From the NCBI GenBank assembly GCA_034435315.1, contig DAOTYB010000194.1, positions 1 to 42,038 of the forward strand: 42,038 nucleotides of DNA. Direction: 5' to 3'. Under the pieces are notes generated by a model that made no database searches, was not told where the DNA came from, and was given only the letters and a program-made list of their open reading frames with translations. Shown piece after piece: positions 25,305 through 34,027 of the stretch. The stretch comes from Anaerolineae bacterium. Lineage in GTDB: Bacteria; Chloroflexota; Anaerolineae; UBA4142. The position numbers and the translations under genes are program-made. Numbering within the stretch: the stretch's first letter is position 1; every line of letters starts with the position of its first letter.

Positions 25305-25333
25305 TTGACGCGCGCAATGGCTGGGTGTATAAT
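25305..25333 (+). promoter_or_regulatory. Near-consensus sigma70 promoter in an otherwise gene-free 700-bp gap
   Basis: TTGACG, 17 nt spacer, TATAAT. Confidence 0.5.
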
Positions 25334-25339
25334 TTGCTC

Positions 25340-25488
25340 GTGAGTTAGGGAGCGTTGGGTCAATCGGTTCGCGCTTGTTTGGTGAGGCACACGTGATTCG
25401 TCCGTCCAATCGTCCAAGCGATGTTTCGTGGTTACGTCAAAAGCACTTTTGACGCGTTGTTGCGCGCGCGTCTCGAGTGCTTTTTTTG
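25340..25488 (+). ncRNA. Candidate about 150-nt small transcript (sRNA or leader) defined by promoter plus terminator; family unknown
   Basis: Lies between the promoter at 25305-25333 and the terminator at 25443-25488. No convincing ORF apart from a possible 19-codon GTG ORF. Confidence 0.3.
25443..25488 (+). terminator. Rho-independent terminator-like hairpin with a T7 tract
   Basis: gcacttttgacgcg ... cgcgtctcgagtgc (11 of 14 paired) followed by ttttttt. Confidence 0.55.
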
Positions 25489-25733
25489 TTTGCGAGATGC
25501 GAAACGCAGGGCGACTCATCGCGTGCGAAGAAGGGAAGAATGTACGGAGAAGGTAAACGAGTGAAGGAAATGTTGGCATTAGATTAAATGGGGTGGTATC
25601 CCCCACGAAGTGATACCCGACACGTTTATTGCGGGTAACACGGGAAAATGCCGTGATACACGACGAAAGCGTGTCGTGGAACGTAAGTTCTCTGACATGC
25701 CTTTCTCGCGTGGAAGTTGTGGGTTAGCCACAG

Positions 25734-26618
25734 ATGAGAGACAGTACAGAAGTCATAGTTCTCAGTAAATGGCCAGTGGTTATTGGAGTGCTTGCATTGA
25801 TTGTCGCATGTGTCGCAATTGTAGTTGGCTTGCTGACTCCCGAGATTAGATATTTTCTGGGTCTGGAGCAACGGCAGAAAGCAAGACTTGATGAACCAGC
25901 CATTGTGTTACCCACGCCAAGACCTCAGCCGACCGCTACATTGCCAGCATCATTACCAACTGCAACTCGCGCTATGCCAACGCCGACCATTGCACTGCCT
26001 ACGAGATTGCCGCCGACAGCCACTGCTGCTCCACTCGTCTCAGATTTCGCGGTCATCTCTGTTAGTTCAAACTCGGAACAGTCTGCTCCGTATGTGAATC
26101 TCGGACTAGAAATTAGCAGCCGAAAGTTGTTGCTGAATATTCCTTTTGAGACGGGATGGACGTCAACAACGCAGTGTTCCCACGTACCAGAGCGACCGAC
26201 GACACTCCAGTATAATGTGGACATACCTCGTCCCACCAATGTATATCTGCTTCTTCAAGGCGGATGGGCATTGCAAGAATACAACGGAAAGGAAGTCAGA
26301 TACGTTCTCTTGGGCTTTTCTGGCGGGGCTAACCACAAAACTTCTCTGGTCCTGGGTTTCAACTTTCGTGACTGGTCAGTTGACAAACCAAACGCGGTAA
26401 CTACAGCATCATCGCCCACACTGCGCGAGGCATGGCAAGGAATCGCACCCGATGGAGCCAAAGGCAGATTTGACATTCTCACAATTGAGATTCCAGGTCC
26501 TCTAACCCAATCAAGACTTACGAGCGTACAGATTGTAGACACATCCACCACGACAACTGGTTCAGTCAACCCTTGCATCCATTTGACTGGAATCACTGTG
26601 AAGTACTTTCGACAATAG
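25734..26618 (+). CDS. N-terminally anchored hypothetical extracytoplasmic protein
   Basis: TM helix WPVVIGVLALIVACVAIVVGLL, P/T-rich linker, about 190-aa C-terminal domain. No family recognised. Confidence 0.6.
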   Translation: MRDSTEVIVLSKWPVVIGVLALIVACVAIVVGLLTPEIRYFLGLEQRQKARLDEPAIVLPTPRPQPTATLPASLPTATRAMPTPTIALPTRLPPTATAAPLVSDFAVISVSSNSEQSAPYVNLGLEISSRKLLLNIPFETGWTSTTQCSHVPERPTTLQYNVDIPRPTNVYLLLQGGWALQEYNGKEVRYVLLGFSGGANHKTSLVLGFNFRDWSVDKPNAVTTASSPTLREAWQGIAPDGAKGRFDILTIEIPGPLTQSRLTSVQIVDTSTTTTGSVNPCIHLTGITVKYFRQ

Positions 26619-26645
26619 GGGACGCCAAGTGCACGGCAGCACACA

Positions 26646-26781
26646 CGCGCGCACCGACCGCGCCACGTACGCGGCAGGAGAGTACAACGGACAAGAACGA
26701 AATCAAACGGACAACCCCGCACGCCATCGTCCGTTTCTTTCTGGGTTGTCCGTTGTCATCCTTTGGGCGCGGTCGGTGCGC
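26646..26781. repeat. TIR-bounded element, copy 1 (TIRs GCGCGCACCGACCGCGCC / GGCGCGGTCGGTGCGC, distinct internal cargo)
   Basis: TIRs at 26646-26663 and 26766-26781, the same as copy 2. The interior has its own hairpin (acggacaacccc...gggttgtccgt). Confidence 0.8.
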
Positions 26782-26864
26782 TACGGCGTTTTGTGACATT
26801 CCGTTGCAACCATCAGTCGCGCGGCAAAACGGAGAATTCACTAACCACTCCCGAAAGTGAGGCA

Positions 26865-27863
26865 ATGCAAATGCGCCACCACAAATTTCTCGGCATACTC
26901 GTTGGGGTTTCTCTTTCGATATTGCTTGACGCCTGTACCACTCCCCAACCAAGCCCCTCTCAGTACAATCCGCCCCAGGCAAATGTTCAGGTGAATGAAA
27001 CTCAAAGTCGAACCATTACTACGGTTGAGACCATACGCATCAATAATTGCGGTGGTAGAGGAGAGAGTAAACAGGTGGCGGAGCGCTCGTTTTCGGTGAG
27101 TGTCGAAGGAGCAATCGGTGCAACAGTCGGTTACGCGATTGTTCAGGGAAGTGTCTCCGCAAAGTACGGACAGTATAGAAATGTGAGCAAGAGACAAGAA
27201 CTCACCGCTCCCGCTGGAACAAATATGGAATTTATGCTCAGATGGACTGAGCAAGAATGGACAGGCACACTTTTCTCTGGTGGTCAGTCAGGAACGTATA
27301 TTGCCCAAGCACCGATTTCGGTGGAGCAAGTATCGGGTAAGGATTTGGGATGTGGCACAGGGTCACAATCACCTGCAGCTAGCGCGCCTTTTCCCACCCC
27401 AATACCACCGCCAGCGGCAACGCAAGTTCAGCCCTCCTCTACATCTGCAAGTCCATTGCGTTCGCATACGACAGTGTCCATAGGTTCTGGAGTCTTTTCA
27501 AGGGTAACATTCTCAGACGGGCAAGCCCCGTATGATGAAAATTGGCTATGGGCAAACAATCATTTCAATATTCAGCGAATAAGACGCGAGGAACAGCCAG
27601 ATGGTTGTGATATAGCGCAATATCGCGTAAGCAAGATATGGGTTAGCGCAGCCAGCGTAGCGAAAGTCACGGTGAATGGTTCGGAAGTAGGAACAATTTC
27701 AGATATTACCCCGCTCCAAAAACACGGTTATATAGCAGACGTGTCTTTGAATCCTGGGGATAGGATTTGTCTCTCACCTGTTCCTGCTGGAGGATTTCAT
27801 ATCGTATTTGGTCCAGACATCTACTACCATTATGACAGTTACTGCTATCGTGGGTACTGTTAG
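26865..27863 (+). CDS. Lipoprotein, hypothetical
   Basis: MQMRHHKFLGILVGVSLSILLDAC lipobox. Start moved from 26763 to ATG 26865 (the earlier part lies in the repeat element). Cys/Tyr-rich C-terminus YYHYDSYCYRGYC. Confidence 0.65.
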   Translation: MQMRHHKFLGILVGVSLSILLDACTTPQPSPSQYNPPQANVQVNETQSRTITTVETIRINNCGGRGESKQVAERSFSVSVEGAIGATVGYAIVQGSVSAKYGQYRNVSKRQELTAPAGTNMEFMLRWTEQEWTGTLFSGGQSGTYIAQAPISVEQVSGKDLGCGTGSQSPAASAPFPTPIPPPAATQVQPSSTSASPLRSHTTVSIGSGVFSRVTFSDGQAPYDENWLWANNHFNIQRIRREEQPDGCDIAQYRVSKIWVSAASVAKVTVNGSEVGTISDITPLQKHGYIADVSLNPGDRICLSPVPAGGFHIVFGPDIYYHYDSYCYRGYC

Positions 27864-27890
27864 CACCACATTGCGCACATCACAAAACAC

Positions 27891-28011
27891 GCGCGCACCG
27901 ACCGCGCCATCCTTCGCTGCGCTCAGGATAAACTCCCGCGCCCTTTGGTGAACTCGGCGCGGTTGGACGTTGGTTTCATTTCGCGTGGCGCGTTGGGCGC
28001 GGTCGGTGCGC
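27891..28011. repeat. MITE-like TIR-bounded element, copy 2 (121 bp)
   Basis: TIRs at 27891-27908 and 27996-28011. The interior (gctgcgctcaggataaactcccgcgcc...) is about 85 percent identical by eye to the reverse complement of 41188-41312. Confidence 0.85.
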
Positions 28012-28059
28012 TATGGCGTTTGGCGAAATTGATTTCCCGAAAGCAACGAGGTATGCCGA

Positions 28060-28341
28060 ATGAAAGTAACCGGAATCATTTGGTTACGCAACGTTATTGA
28101 CAAACTATCGTGGAAGCACAACATCACGACCGATGAAGTAGAGGAGATATTCAATAGTTCACCGCGCTACCGTTTCATCGAGACTGGCGATATTGAAGGT
28201 GAAAACCTCTATGTAGCGTTGGGACAAACTGAAGAAGGTCGTTACCTTACCGTTTACTTCGTTCACAAACGAACAGGTGAAGCGTTGATTGTCAGCGCGC
28301 GAGATATGACGAGAAAGGAAAGAAGAACCTATGGCAAATAA
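28060..28341 (+). CDS. brnT: BrnT-like (DUF497) toxin
   Basis: 93 aa. The C-terminal LIVSARDMTRKERRTYGK matches the BrnT-family IISARKATKKERKxY signature. Overlaps the downstream antitoxin gene by 11 nt. Confidence 0.75.
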   Translation: MKVTGIIWLRNVIDKLSWKHNITTDEVEEIFNSSPRYRFIETGDIEGENLYVALGQTEEGRYLTVYFVHKRTGEALIVSARDMTRKERRTYGK

Positions 28342-28603
28342 AAAGAAACGCGACCCGATTCCCAAGCACTTTAAGAGTATTGAGGAAGCAGCAGAGTTCT
28401 GGGATAGCCACGATTTGACTGACTATTGGGACTTGACCAGAGAAGCGCACTTTGAGGCAGATATTCAGCGGCGCGTGTTTCTAACCGCGTTAGAGCCAAC
28501 ACTTGCAAAGAGACTGACGGCGCTCGCACATAAGCAAGGTGTATCCACAGAAACTCTGATCAACGTGTGGCTAACCGAGAAGGCAAAAGAAGCGACAAAG
28601 TAG
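28331..28603 (+). CDS. brnA: BrnA-like antitoxin (CopG/RHH C-terminal domain)
   Basis: FKSIEEAAEFWDSHDLTDYWD is typical of BrnA-type antitoxins. The C-terminus is RHH-like: LEPTLAKRLTALAHKQGVSTETLINVWL. Confidence 0.75.
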   Translation: MANKKKRDPIPKHFKSIEEAAEFWDSHDLTDYWDLTREAHFEADIQRRVFLTALEPTLAKRLTALAHKQGVSTETLINVWLTEKAKEATK

Positions 28604-28743
28604 ATATAGACATTCAATTTCACCCAACACACGCGCAGGGCGACAATGCGGCGTGCGATGTTGGCTTGCGTTGCACAGCGCGCTGTATTGCGCCCGGCTC
28701 TGGTGTTCCCCGCCCAAGCAGATACTGCACTTCAAGCGCTAAC

Positions 28744-28782
28744 CCCCGTCGGGTTTCCCCCACACCCGACGGGGCTTTTTTT
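28744..28782 (+). terminator. Rho-independent terminator after brnA
   Basis: ccccgtcgggt-ttcccccac-acccgacgggg (11-bp perfect stem), then c and ttttttt. Confidence 0.85.
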
Positions 28783-28821
28783 ACCCCAGGATTAAAATTT
28801 CGCTAAAGATTCGACAAACGA

Positions 28822-28850
28822 TTGACAAACTATAATTATTGTTGTATAAT
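28822..28850 (+). promoter_or_regulatory. Perfect-consensus sigma70 promoter (TTGACA, 17 nt, TATAAT) upstream of the TspO-like/CarH-like operon
   Basis: Read directly. GACAAAC occurs twice, 11 bp apart (28813 and 28824), with the second copy overlapping the -35. Confidence 0.65.
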
Positions 28851-28868
28851 GTTTGTGTAATCAAGTGT

Positions 28869-28910
28869 GGCGGCGGTCGTCGGTCATCCGTCCTTCGTCC
28901 TTCGTCCCAC
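28869..28910. repeat. Heptamer array (GTCGTCG / GTCCTTC units x6) in the 5' leader of the TspO-like gene
   Basis: ggcggcg gtcgtcg gtcatcc gtccttc gtccttc gtcccac. Confidence 0.9.
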
Positions 28911-28925
28911 AAGAAAGGTCAAGCA

Positions 28926-29690
28926 ATGAAACGCTGGTTACCTTGGGTCAATCTCGCGACGGTTATCGTCGCACTGACGGTGAATGTTCTGGCAAACGCG
29001 CTGCCGTTGAACGGGCAAAGCACGGGCGCCATTTCGGACAAGTTCAAGGTGTTTTTCGTCCCTGCGGGTTATGTCTTTGCAATCTGGGGTGTCATCTACA
29101 TCGGTTGGATTGCGTTTGTCGTGTACCAGTTGTTGCCCGCACAGCGCGACAACGCGCGCCTCGCGCGCATCGGCTGGCTGTTTGTGTTCAGCAACCTCGC
29201 GAACGCGGCGTGGTTGTTCACCTGGCATTACGAACTCTTGCCCCTCTCGGTCGTGGTGATGCTCGCGCTGCTCCTCTCACTCATTGGAATCTACGTCCGC
29301 TTGAACATCGGACGCGCGCGCGTGACGACAATCGAAAAATGGTGCGTGGATGTTCCGTTCAGCATCTACCTCGGCTGGATCAGCGTGGCGACGATTGCGA
29401 ACATCACCGATTTGCTGTACGCGTTAAAGTGGGACGGCCTGGGCATCGCGCCTGAAATGTGGGCGGCGGTGATGCTCGTCGTCGCATCCGCGCTCGCGCT
29501 GGTGATGACGTGGACGCGCCGCAACCTTGCGTATCTGGTGGTGCTGGTCTGGTCGTTCATCGGCATCGCGGTCAAACAATCGGCGGTGGCAGTGGTGGCG
29601 AACACGGCGTGGGTGACGACCGCGTTCGTCGTCCTGTTGATTGCGTCGAGCGTCTGGTTGCGCGCGCGCAAATCGGTTGCTGCGAGTTGA
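28926..29690 (+). CDS. Trp-rich polytopic membrane protein, TspO/MBR-related
   Basis: About 254 aa with multiple TM helices and W-rich motifs (AIWGVIYIGWIAF, NAAWLFTWHY, SIYLGWISVATIAN). Family assignment by eye. Start moved from 28839 to ATG 28926. Confidence 0.6.
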   Translation: MKRWLPWVNLATVIVALTVNVLANALPLNGQSTGAISDKFKVFFVPAGYVFAIWGVIYIGWIAFVVYQLLPAQRDNARLARIGWLFVFSNLANAAWLFTWHYELLPLSVVVMLALLLSLIGIYVRLNIGRARVTTIEKWCVDVPFSIYLGWISVATIANITDLLYALKWDGLGIAPEMWAAVMLVVASALALVMTWTRRNLAYLVVLVWSFIGIAVKQSAVAVVANTAWVTTAFVVLLIASSVWLRARKSVAAS

Positions 29691-29698
29691 GTATCGGA

Positions 29699-30982
29699 AT
29701 GGGCACAACCTTCGGGCTGACGATCAAAGTGGTTGCCGAACGCACGGGTGTATCGGTGCATACCTTGCGCGCGTGGGAGCGGCGCTATGGCGTGCCTGCG
29801 CCCAAGCGCGACGCGGACAATCGCTATCGTCTGTACGATGAGCAGGACATTGCCGATGTGTTGTGGCTGAGGCAACAAGTGGAAGCAGGCATTCCGCCCG
29901 CGCAGGCGAGCGCGCTGTTGCGCCAGCGTCGTCAGTCTGCGCGCGCGATGGTTGAAGCGATGCAACCGCTCGCGACGACACAAGCCGCGCTGTTCGATGC
30001 GTTCGCGCGTTCGGACGAGACGGCCGCGCGGCGAATCTTGGACGAAGCGTTCGCGCTCTTTGCGCCTGAACAAGTGGCGCAACACATCATCGTCCCCACG
30101 CTGCGCGAGATTGGCGCGCGCTGGATGCGCGGCGAGATGACCGTGTGGCAAGAGCATCTGGCGAGCAACGTCATTCAACAAAAATTGTTTGCGATTTTGC
30201 AAGCGCAACCCGCGCTGCCGCTCGCGGTGCCAACGCTGGTTGCCGCGTGCGCGCCCAACGAAGAGCACGCGCTCGGTCTGCTCATCTTTTCGCTGATCGC
30301 GCAGCGTCAAGGGTGGCGCGTGATTTTTCTGGGACAGGGTACGCCGCTTGCCGACATCAACGCGGCGGCGCGCCTCCAGCCGAAATTCATCGTGGTCTCT
30401 GTGACGACGGTGATTGGTCTGGCGGGGCTAATCCCTTGGCTTGATGCGGCGCAGCGCCCTGCGGTTCCACTTGTCTTTGCGGGGCGCATCGTGGACGCGC
30501 TGCCGAATTTGCGCGCGCATTTGCCTGGCGAGTATCTGGGCGCGGAGATGATTGCGCCCGCGCAACTCTTGACACTGAAACCGCGCGCCGAGTATTGGTC
30601 GCCCAGCAAGCGCGCGTTGAACGCGGCAAACGCGCTGTACGCGCGCCGACTCGAAATCGCGGGCGAGACGGTCGCGCGATTCTTCGCGACGCTCGCGCCG
30701 AATCATCATCGCACGTGGAACGTGAACGACATCAATTTTGCGACGTTGTTTCTGATTGATGCGGTCACCTGCGCGCTTGCGTTCGGCGTGCCCGAATTGA
30801 TGGACACGGAACGCGCGTGGTTGGACGAGATGATGCCATCGCGCGCAGTGCCTGCCGAATTGGTTACGCAACATCTCACAACGTTTGCGCGCGTGCTGGG
30901 ACAATCGTTTTCCAAAGAACACAATCGGTTGTATCAATCGCTGATTGAACGAATGAAAAATGCAAGGCGGTCGTACGAATGA
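29699..30982 (+). CDS. MerR-HTH + cobalamin-binding-domain regulator, CarH/LitR-type light sensor candidate, with an extra about 170-aa C-terminal domain
   Basis: MerR HTH LTIKVVAERTGVSVHTLRAWERRYGVPAPKR. W-x9-EH motif (WMRGEMTVWQEH). ExHxxG lower-ligand motif (NEEHALG). Start moved from 29459 to ATG 29699. Confidence 0.8.
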   Translation: MGTTFGLTIKVVAERTGVSVHTLRAWERRYGVPAPKRDADNRYRLYDEQDIADVLWLRQQVEAGIPPAQASALLRQRRQSARAMVEAMQPLATTQAALFDAFARSDETAARRILDEAFALFAPEQVAQHIIVPTLREIGARWMRGEMTVWQEHLASNVIQQKLFAILQAQPALPLAVPTLVAACAPNEEHALGLLIFSLIAQRQGWRVIFLGQGTPLADINAAARLQPKFIVVSVTTVIGLAGLIPWLDAAQRPAVPLVFAGRIVDALPNLRAHLPGEYLGAEMIAPAQLLTLKPRAEYWSPSKRALNAANALYARRLEIAGETVARFFATLAPNHHRTWNVNDINFATLFLIDAVTCALAFGVPELMDTERAWLDEMMPSRAVPAELVTQHLTTFARVLGQSFSKEHNRLYQSLIERMKNARRSYE

Positions 30983-31671
30983 AACACTTGGCGTTTCTCT
31001 GGGCAATCTTTTTCACATTCCTTACCGCGACTGCCGCGCTCGCGCATCGTCCGATTTTTGTCGAGCCGCGCAGTAACACAACGCGCGCGAACGCAATCCC
31101 GATTAGTGACTATACTATTTCGTGGGCGGTGTACGCGCAACTCTCCGATGCGGGCGAGGTGAACTATTATCGCTTTGAAGGCACGCGCGGCGCGCTCGTG
31201 CGAATCGAAACGCTAGTGCCACACAGCGAATCTGCGCGCGCGTTTGGGTTCGATGTCGCGCTCATCGGCAAGGGATTCGACGCGGCGCGCGTGCCGTTCG
31301 TGCTCGAAGCGGGCGAGGGTGTCATCATCGCCCCTGATGTGGGACAGGACGATGCGCGCGTGTTCGATGAACACGTGACGCAAACGTCGTACTGGCAACG
31401 GCAAAGTTTGCGCGCGCAGTTGCCCGCCGACGGAACATACTGGATCGCGGTGTACGATCCGCGCGGGCGTACGGGCAAGTACGTTTTGTCAATCGGCGAA
31501 CGCGAAGTGTGGAGCGCGAGTGATCTGGCAGAGATGCCGCGCATCATCGCGCGTGTGCGCGAATTCGCTGGGCTAGGCACATTCACGGTTCCCGTGATGC
31601 CAATTGGTTTGGGAATCGTCGTGCTGGCAATTCTGGCGCGCGTGGTCGTGCTGATACGGAGGTCGAAATGA
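30979..31671 (+). CDS. Secreted hypothetical protein with a C-terminal TM anchor
   Basis: Signal MKHLAFLWAIFFTFLTATAALA. C-terminal helix IGLGIVVLAILARVVVLIRRSK. ATGA overlap with the upstream gene. Confidence 0.65.
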   Translation: MKHLAFLWAIFFTFLTATAALAHRPIFVEPRSNTTRANAIPISDYTISWAVYAQLSDAGEVNYYRFEGTRGALVRIETLVPHSESARAFGFDVALIGKGFDAARVPFVLEAGEGVIIAPDVGQDDARVFDEHVTQTSYWQRQSLRAQLPADGTYWIAVYDPRGRTGKYVLSIGEREVWSASDLAEMPRIIARVREFAGLGTFTVPVMPIGLGIVVLAILARVVVLIRRSK

Positions 31672-32588
31672 AACGCGTCATTATCACAGGTGGTTCAGGT
31701 TTCATCGGTCGCGCGCTGACGCGCGAACTATTGGACGCGCAGTACGAGGTTGTATGGCTCAGTCGCAATCCCGCAACGACGCGCGATGTGCCTGCGGGGG
31801 TGCGCGTCGAAAAATGGGACGGGCGCAGCGCGCAAGGGTGGAGCGCGCTCGCTGAGGGCGCGTTCGCGATTGTGAATCTCGCAGGCGAAAGCATCGGCAT
31901 TCCACCGCTGCCGTGGACGAACGAACGCAAGCGACGCATTCGCGACAGTCGCGTCAACGCGAGCAAGGCAGTAGTCGAAGCGGTACGGCTGGCGCGCGAA
32001 AAACCGCGCGTCATTGTGCAAGCATCGGCGGTTGGATTTTATGGCGCGCGCGGCGACGAAGTCATCACCGAGAAAAATGGGGCGGGGCACGATTTTCTCG
32101 CCGATGTTGCGGTCGCGTGGGAAGCATCGAGCGCGGAGGTCGAAACGCTGGGTGTGCGTCGCGTCGTCACGCGATTCGGTTTGCCGCTCGATAAAAGCGG
32201 CGGTGTCTTTCCGTTCCTCGTTATGCCGATTCGCTTGTTCGTCGGCGGACCGATTGGCAGCGGCAGGCAAGTGATTGCGTGGATTCATCTGCACGATGCG
32301 GTGCGCGCGATTCGCTTCTTGATGGAAAAGGACGACGCGCGCGGCGCGTTCAACCTCACGGCACCCGAACCGTTGGCGAATGCGGAACTGGGGCGCGTCA
32401 TCGCGCGCGTGTTGCGTCGTCCATTCTGGTTGCCTGTGCCAGCGTTCGCGCTCAAACTCGCGCTAGGCGAAATGGCGGAACTCCTCTTACTCAACGGACA
32501 ACGCGTGCTCCCCGAACGTTTGTTGCGCGCAGGATTCAAATTTCAATTCCCAACGGCAGAACTCGCGTTGAAGGATGTGTTAAAGTGA
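31668..32588 (+). CDS. TIGR01777 (YfcH-like) epimerase-family SDR with a DUF1731 C-terminus
   Basis: MKRVIITGGSGFIGRALTRELL Rossmann motif. C-terminal LLNGQRVLPERLLRAGFKFQFP. Confidence 0.85.
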   Translation: MKRVIITGGSGFIGRALTRELLDAQYEVVWLSRNPATTRDVPAGVRVEKWDGRSAQGWSALAEGAFAIVNLAGESIGIPPLPWTNERKRRIRDSRVNASKAVVEAVRLAREKPRVIVQASAVGFYGARGDEVITEKNGAGHDFLADVAVAWEASSAEVETLGVRRVVTRFGLPLDKSGGVFPFLVMPIRLFVGGPIGSGRQVIAWIHLHDAVRAIRFLMEKDDARGAFNLTAPEPLANAELGRVIARVLRRPFWLPVPAFALKLALGEMAELLLLNGQRVLPERLLRAGFKFQFPTAELALKDVLK

Positions 32589-34027
32589 CGATTCTAGTGA
32601 CAGGTGCGACAGGTTACGTTGGTGGGCGACTCGTGCCACAATTGCTCAACGCGGGGTATCGCGTGCGCGTGCTGGCGCGCGATTCCGAGCGTTTGCAAGA
32701 TCGCCCCTGGCGCGCGCGCGTTGAAATCGTGCAGGGCGATGTGTTGCAAGCCGAAACGCTTGCGCCCGCGCTGCAAGGTGTGGAGGTGGCGTACTATCTC
32801 GTCCACAGTATGAGCGGCTTTACCGAGTTTCATTCGCGCGATGTGACAGCGGCGCGCAATTTCAGTTATGCCGCGCGCGCGGCGAATGTGTCGCGCATCA
32901 TTTATCTGGGCGGCTTGGGCAACCCCGATGAAAAACTCTCGCCGCATTTGCGTTCGCGGCACGAAACGGGCGACGCGTTGCGCGAGTCGGGTGTGCCGGT
33001 GACCGAATTTCGCGCGGCGATCATCGTCGGGTCGGGGAGTGTGTCGTTCGAGATCATTCGCGCGATGACCGAGCGCGTGCCGTTGATGATTTGCCCACGC
33101 TGGGTCTATGTGCGCGTGCAACCGATTGCGATTCGCGATGTGCTGGCGTATCTTGTGAACGCGCTGCGCGTACCAGAGAGCGCGGGGCGCATCATCGAAA
33201 TTGGCGGTGCAGACGTGCAGACGTATGCGAGTATGATGCTGGGATACGCTCGCGCGCGCGGCTTGCGTCGCGTGTTGATTCCCGTGCCAGTGTTGACGCC
33301 CAAACTTTCGGCGTACTGGGTGCACTGGATGACGCCGATTTCGGCGAACATCGCGCATCCCTTGATTGAAGGGCTGCGGAACGAAGTGATTGTGCGCGAT
33401 GACGTGGCGCGTCGGTTGTTTCCGCACATTCAACCACTCGATTATGCGCGCGCGCTGGATGAAGCACTCGCGCAACTCGATGCAAGTCAGGTGGAAACAT
33501 CGTGGAGTGACGCGCTCTTGAGTAGCAAAGGCGATGCGCCGCAACAAAAGTTCGTTTATCGCGAAGGCATCATCACCGAAGCGCGTCAACGCATCGTCGC
33601 GGCGAGTCCCGAAGCGGTCTTTCGCGTCGTCACAGGATTGGGCGGCAAGCGCGGCTGGCTGTATGCGGATTGGCTGTGGCACATTCGCGGCGCGCTCGAT
33701 CGTTTGGTCGGTGGTGTGGGTTTGCGGCGCGGGCGGCGTCATCCCGACGAGTTGCACGTCGGCGACGCGCTCGATTTCTGGCGCGTGGAGAAAATCGAAC
33801 CGAATCGTTTGCTGCGTTTGCGCGCAGAAATGAAATCGCCTGGTCCCGCGTGGTTGGAATTTCGCATCGAATCGCACAACGACAATCACACGCGGCTTGT
33901 TCAAACCGCGTTCTTCATTCCGAAAGGTTTGTTCGGTTTGTTGTATTGGTACGCGCTGTATCCGATTCACGGCATCGTCTTTTCGGGTTTGATTGACGCG
34001 ATTGCCCAGCACGCGGAGAAGAAATGA
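32585..34027 (+). CDS. NAD(P)-binding SDR/NmrA-like domain fused to DUF2867
   Basis: GTG 32585 overlaps the upstream stop (GTGA). VTILVTGATGYVGGRLVPQLL. C-terminal WLYADWLWHIRGALDRLVGGVGLRRGRR...DFWRVE is DUF2867-like. Confidence 0.8.
   Translation: MTILVTGATGYVGGRLVPQLLNAGYRVRVLARDSERLQDRPWRARVEIVQGDVLQAETLAPALQGVEVAYYLVHSMSGFTEFHSRDVTAARNFSYAARAANVSRIIYLGGLGNPDEKLSPHLRSRHETGDALRESGVPVTEFRAAIIVGSGSVSFEIIRAMTERVPLMICPRWVYVRVQPIAIRDVLAYLVNALRVPESAGRIIEIGGADVQTYASMMLGYARARGLRRVLIPVPVLTPKLSAYWVHWMTPISANIAHPLIEGLRNEVIVRDDVARRLFPHIQPLDYARALDEALAQLDASQVETSWSDALLSSKGDAPQQKFVYREGIITEARQRIVAASPEAVFRVVTGLGGKRGWLYADWLWHIRGALDRLVGGVGLRRGRRHPDELHVGDALDFWRVEKIEPNRLLRLRAEMKSPGPAWLEFRIESHNDNHTRLVQTAFFIPKGLFGLLYWYALYPIHGIVFSGLIDAIAQHAEKK

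Noticed and set aside
25112-25606. 164-aa minus-strand ORF in the 25.0-25.7 kb gap.
   Set aside because: No SD, random-looking composition, and it spans a plus-strand promoter and terminator.
28807-28839. A full three-repeat CarH operator (consensus nAnnTnnACAn x3).
   Set aside because: Only two 11-bp-spaced repeats match, and only in the TnnACA part. The A at repeat position 2 and a third repeat are missing, so it is reported only as suggestive.
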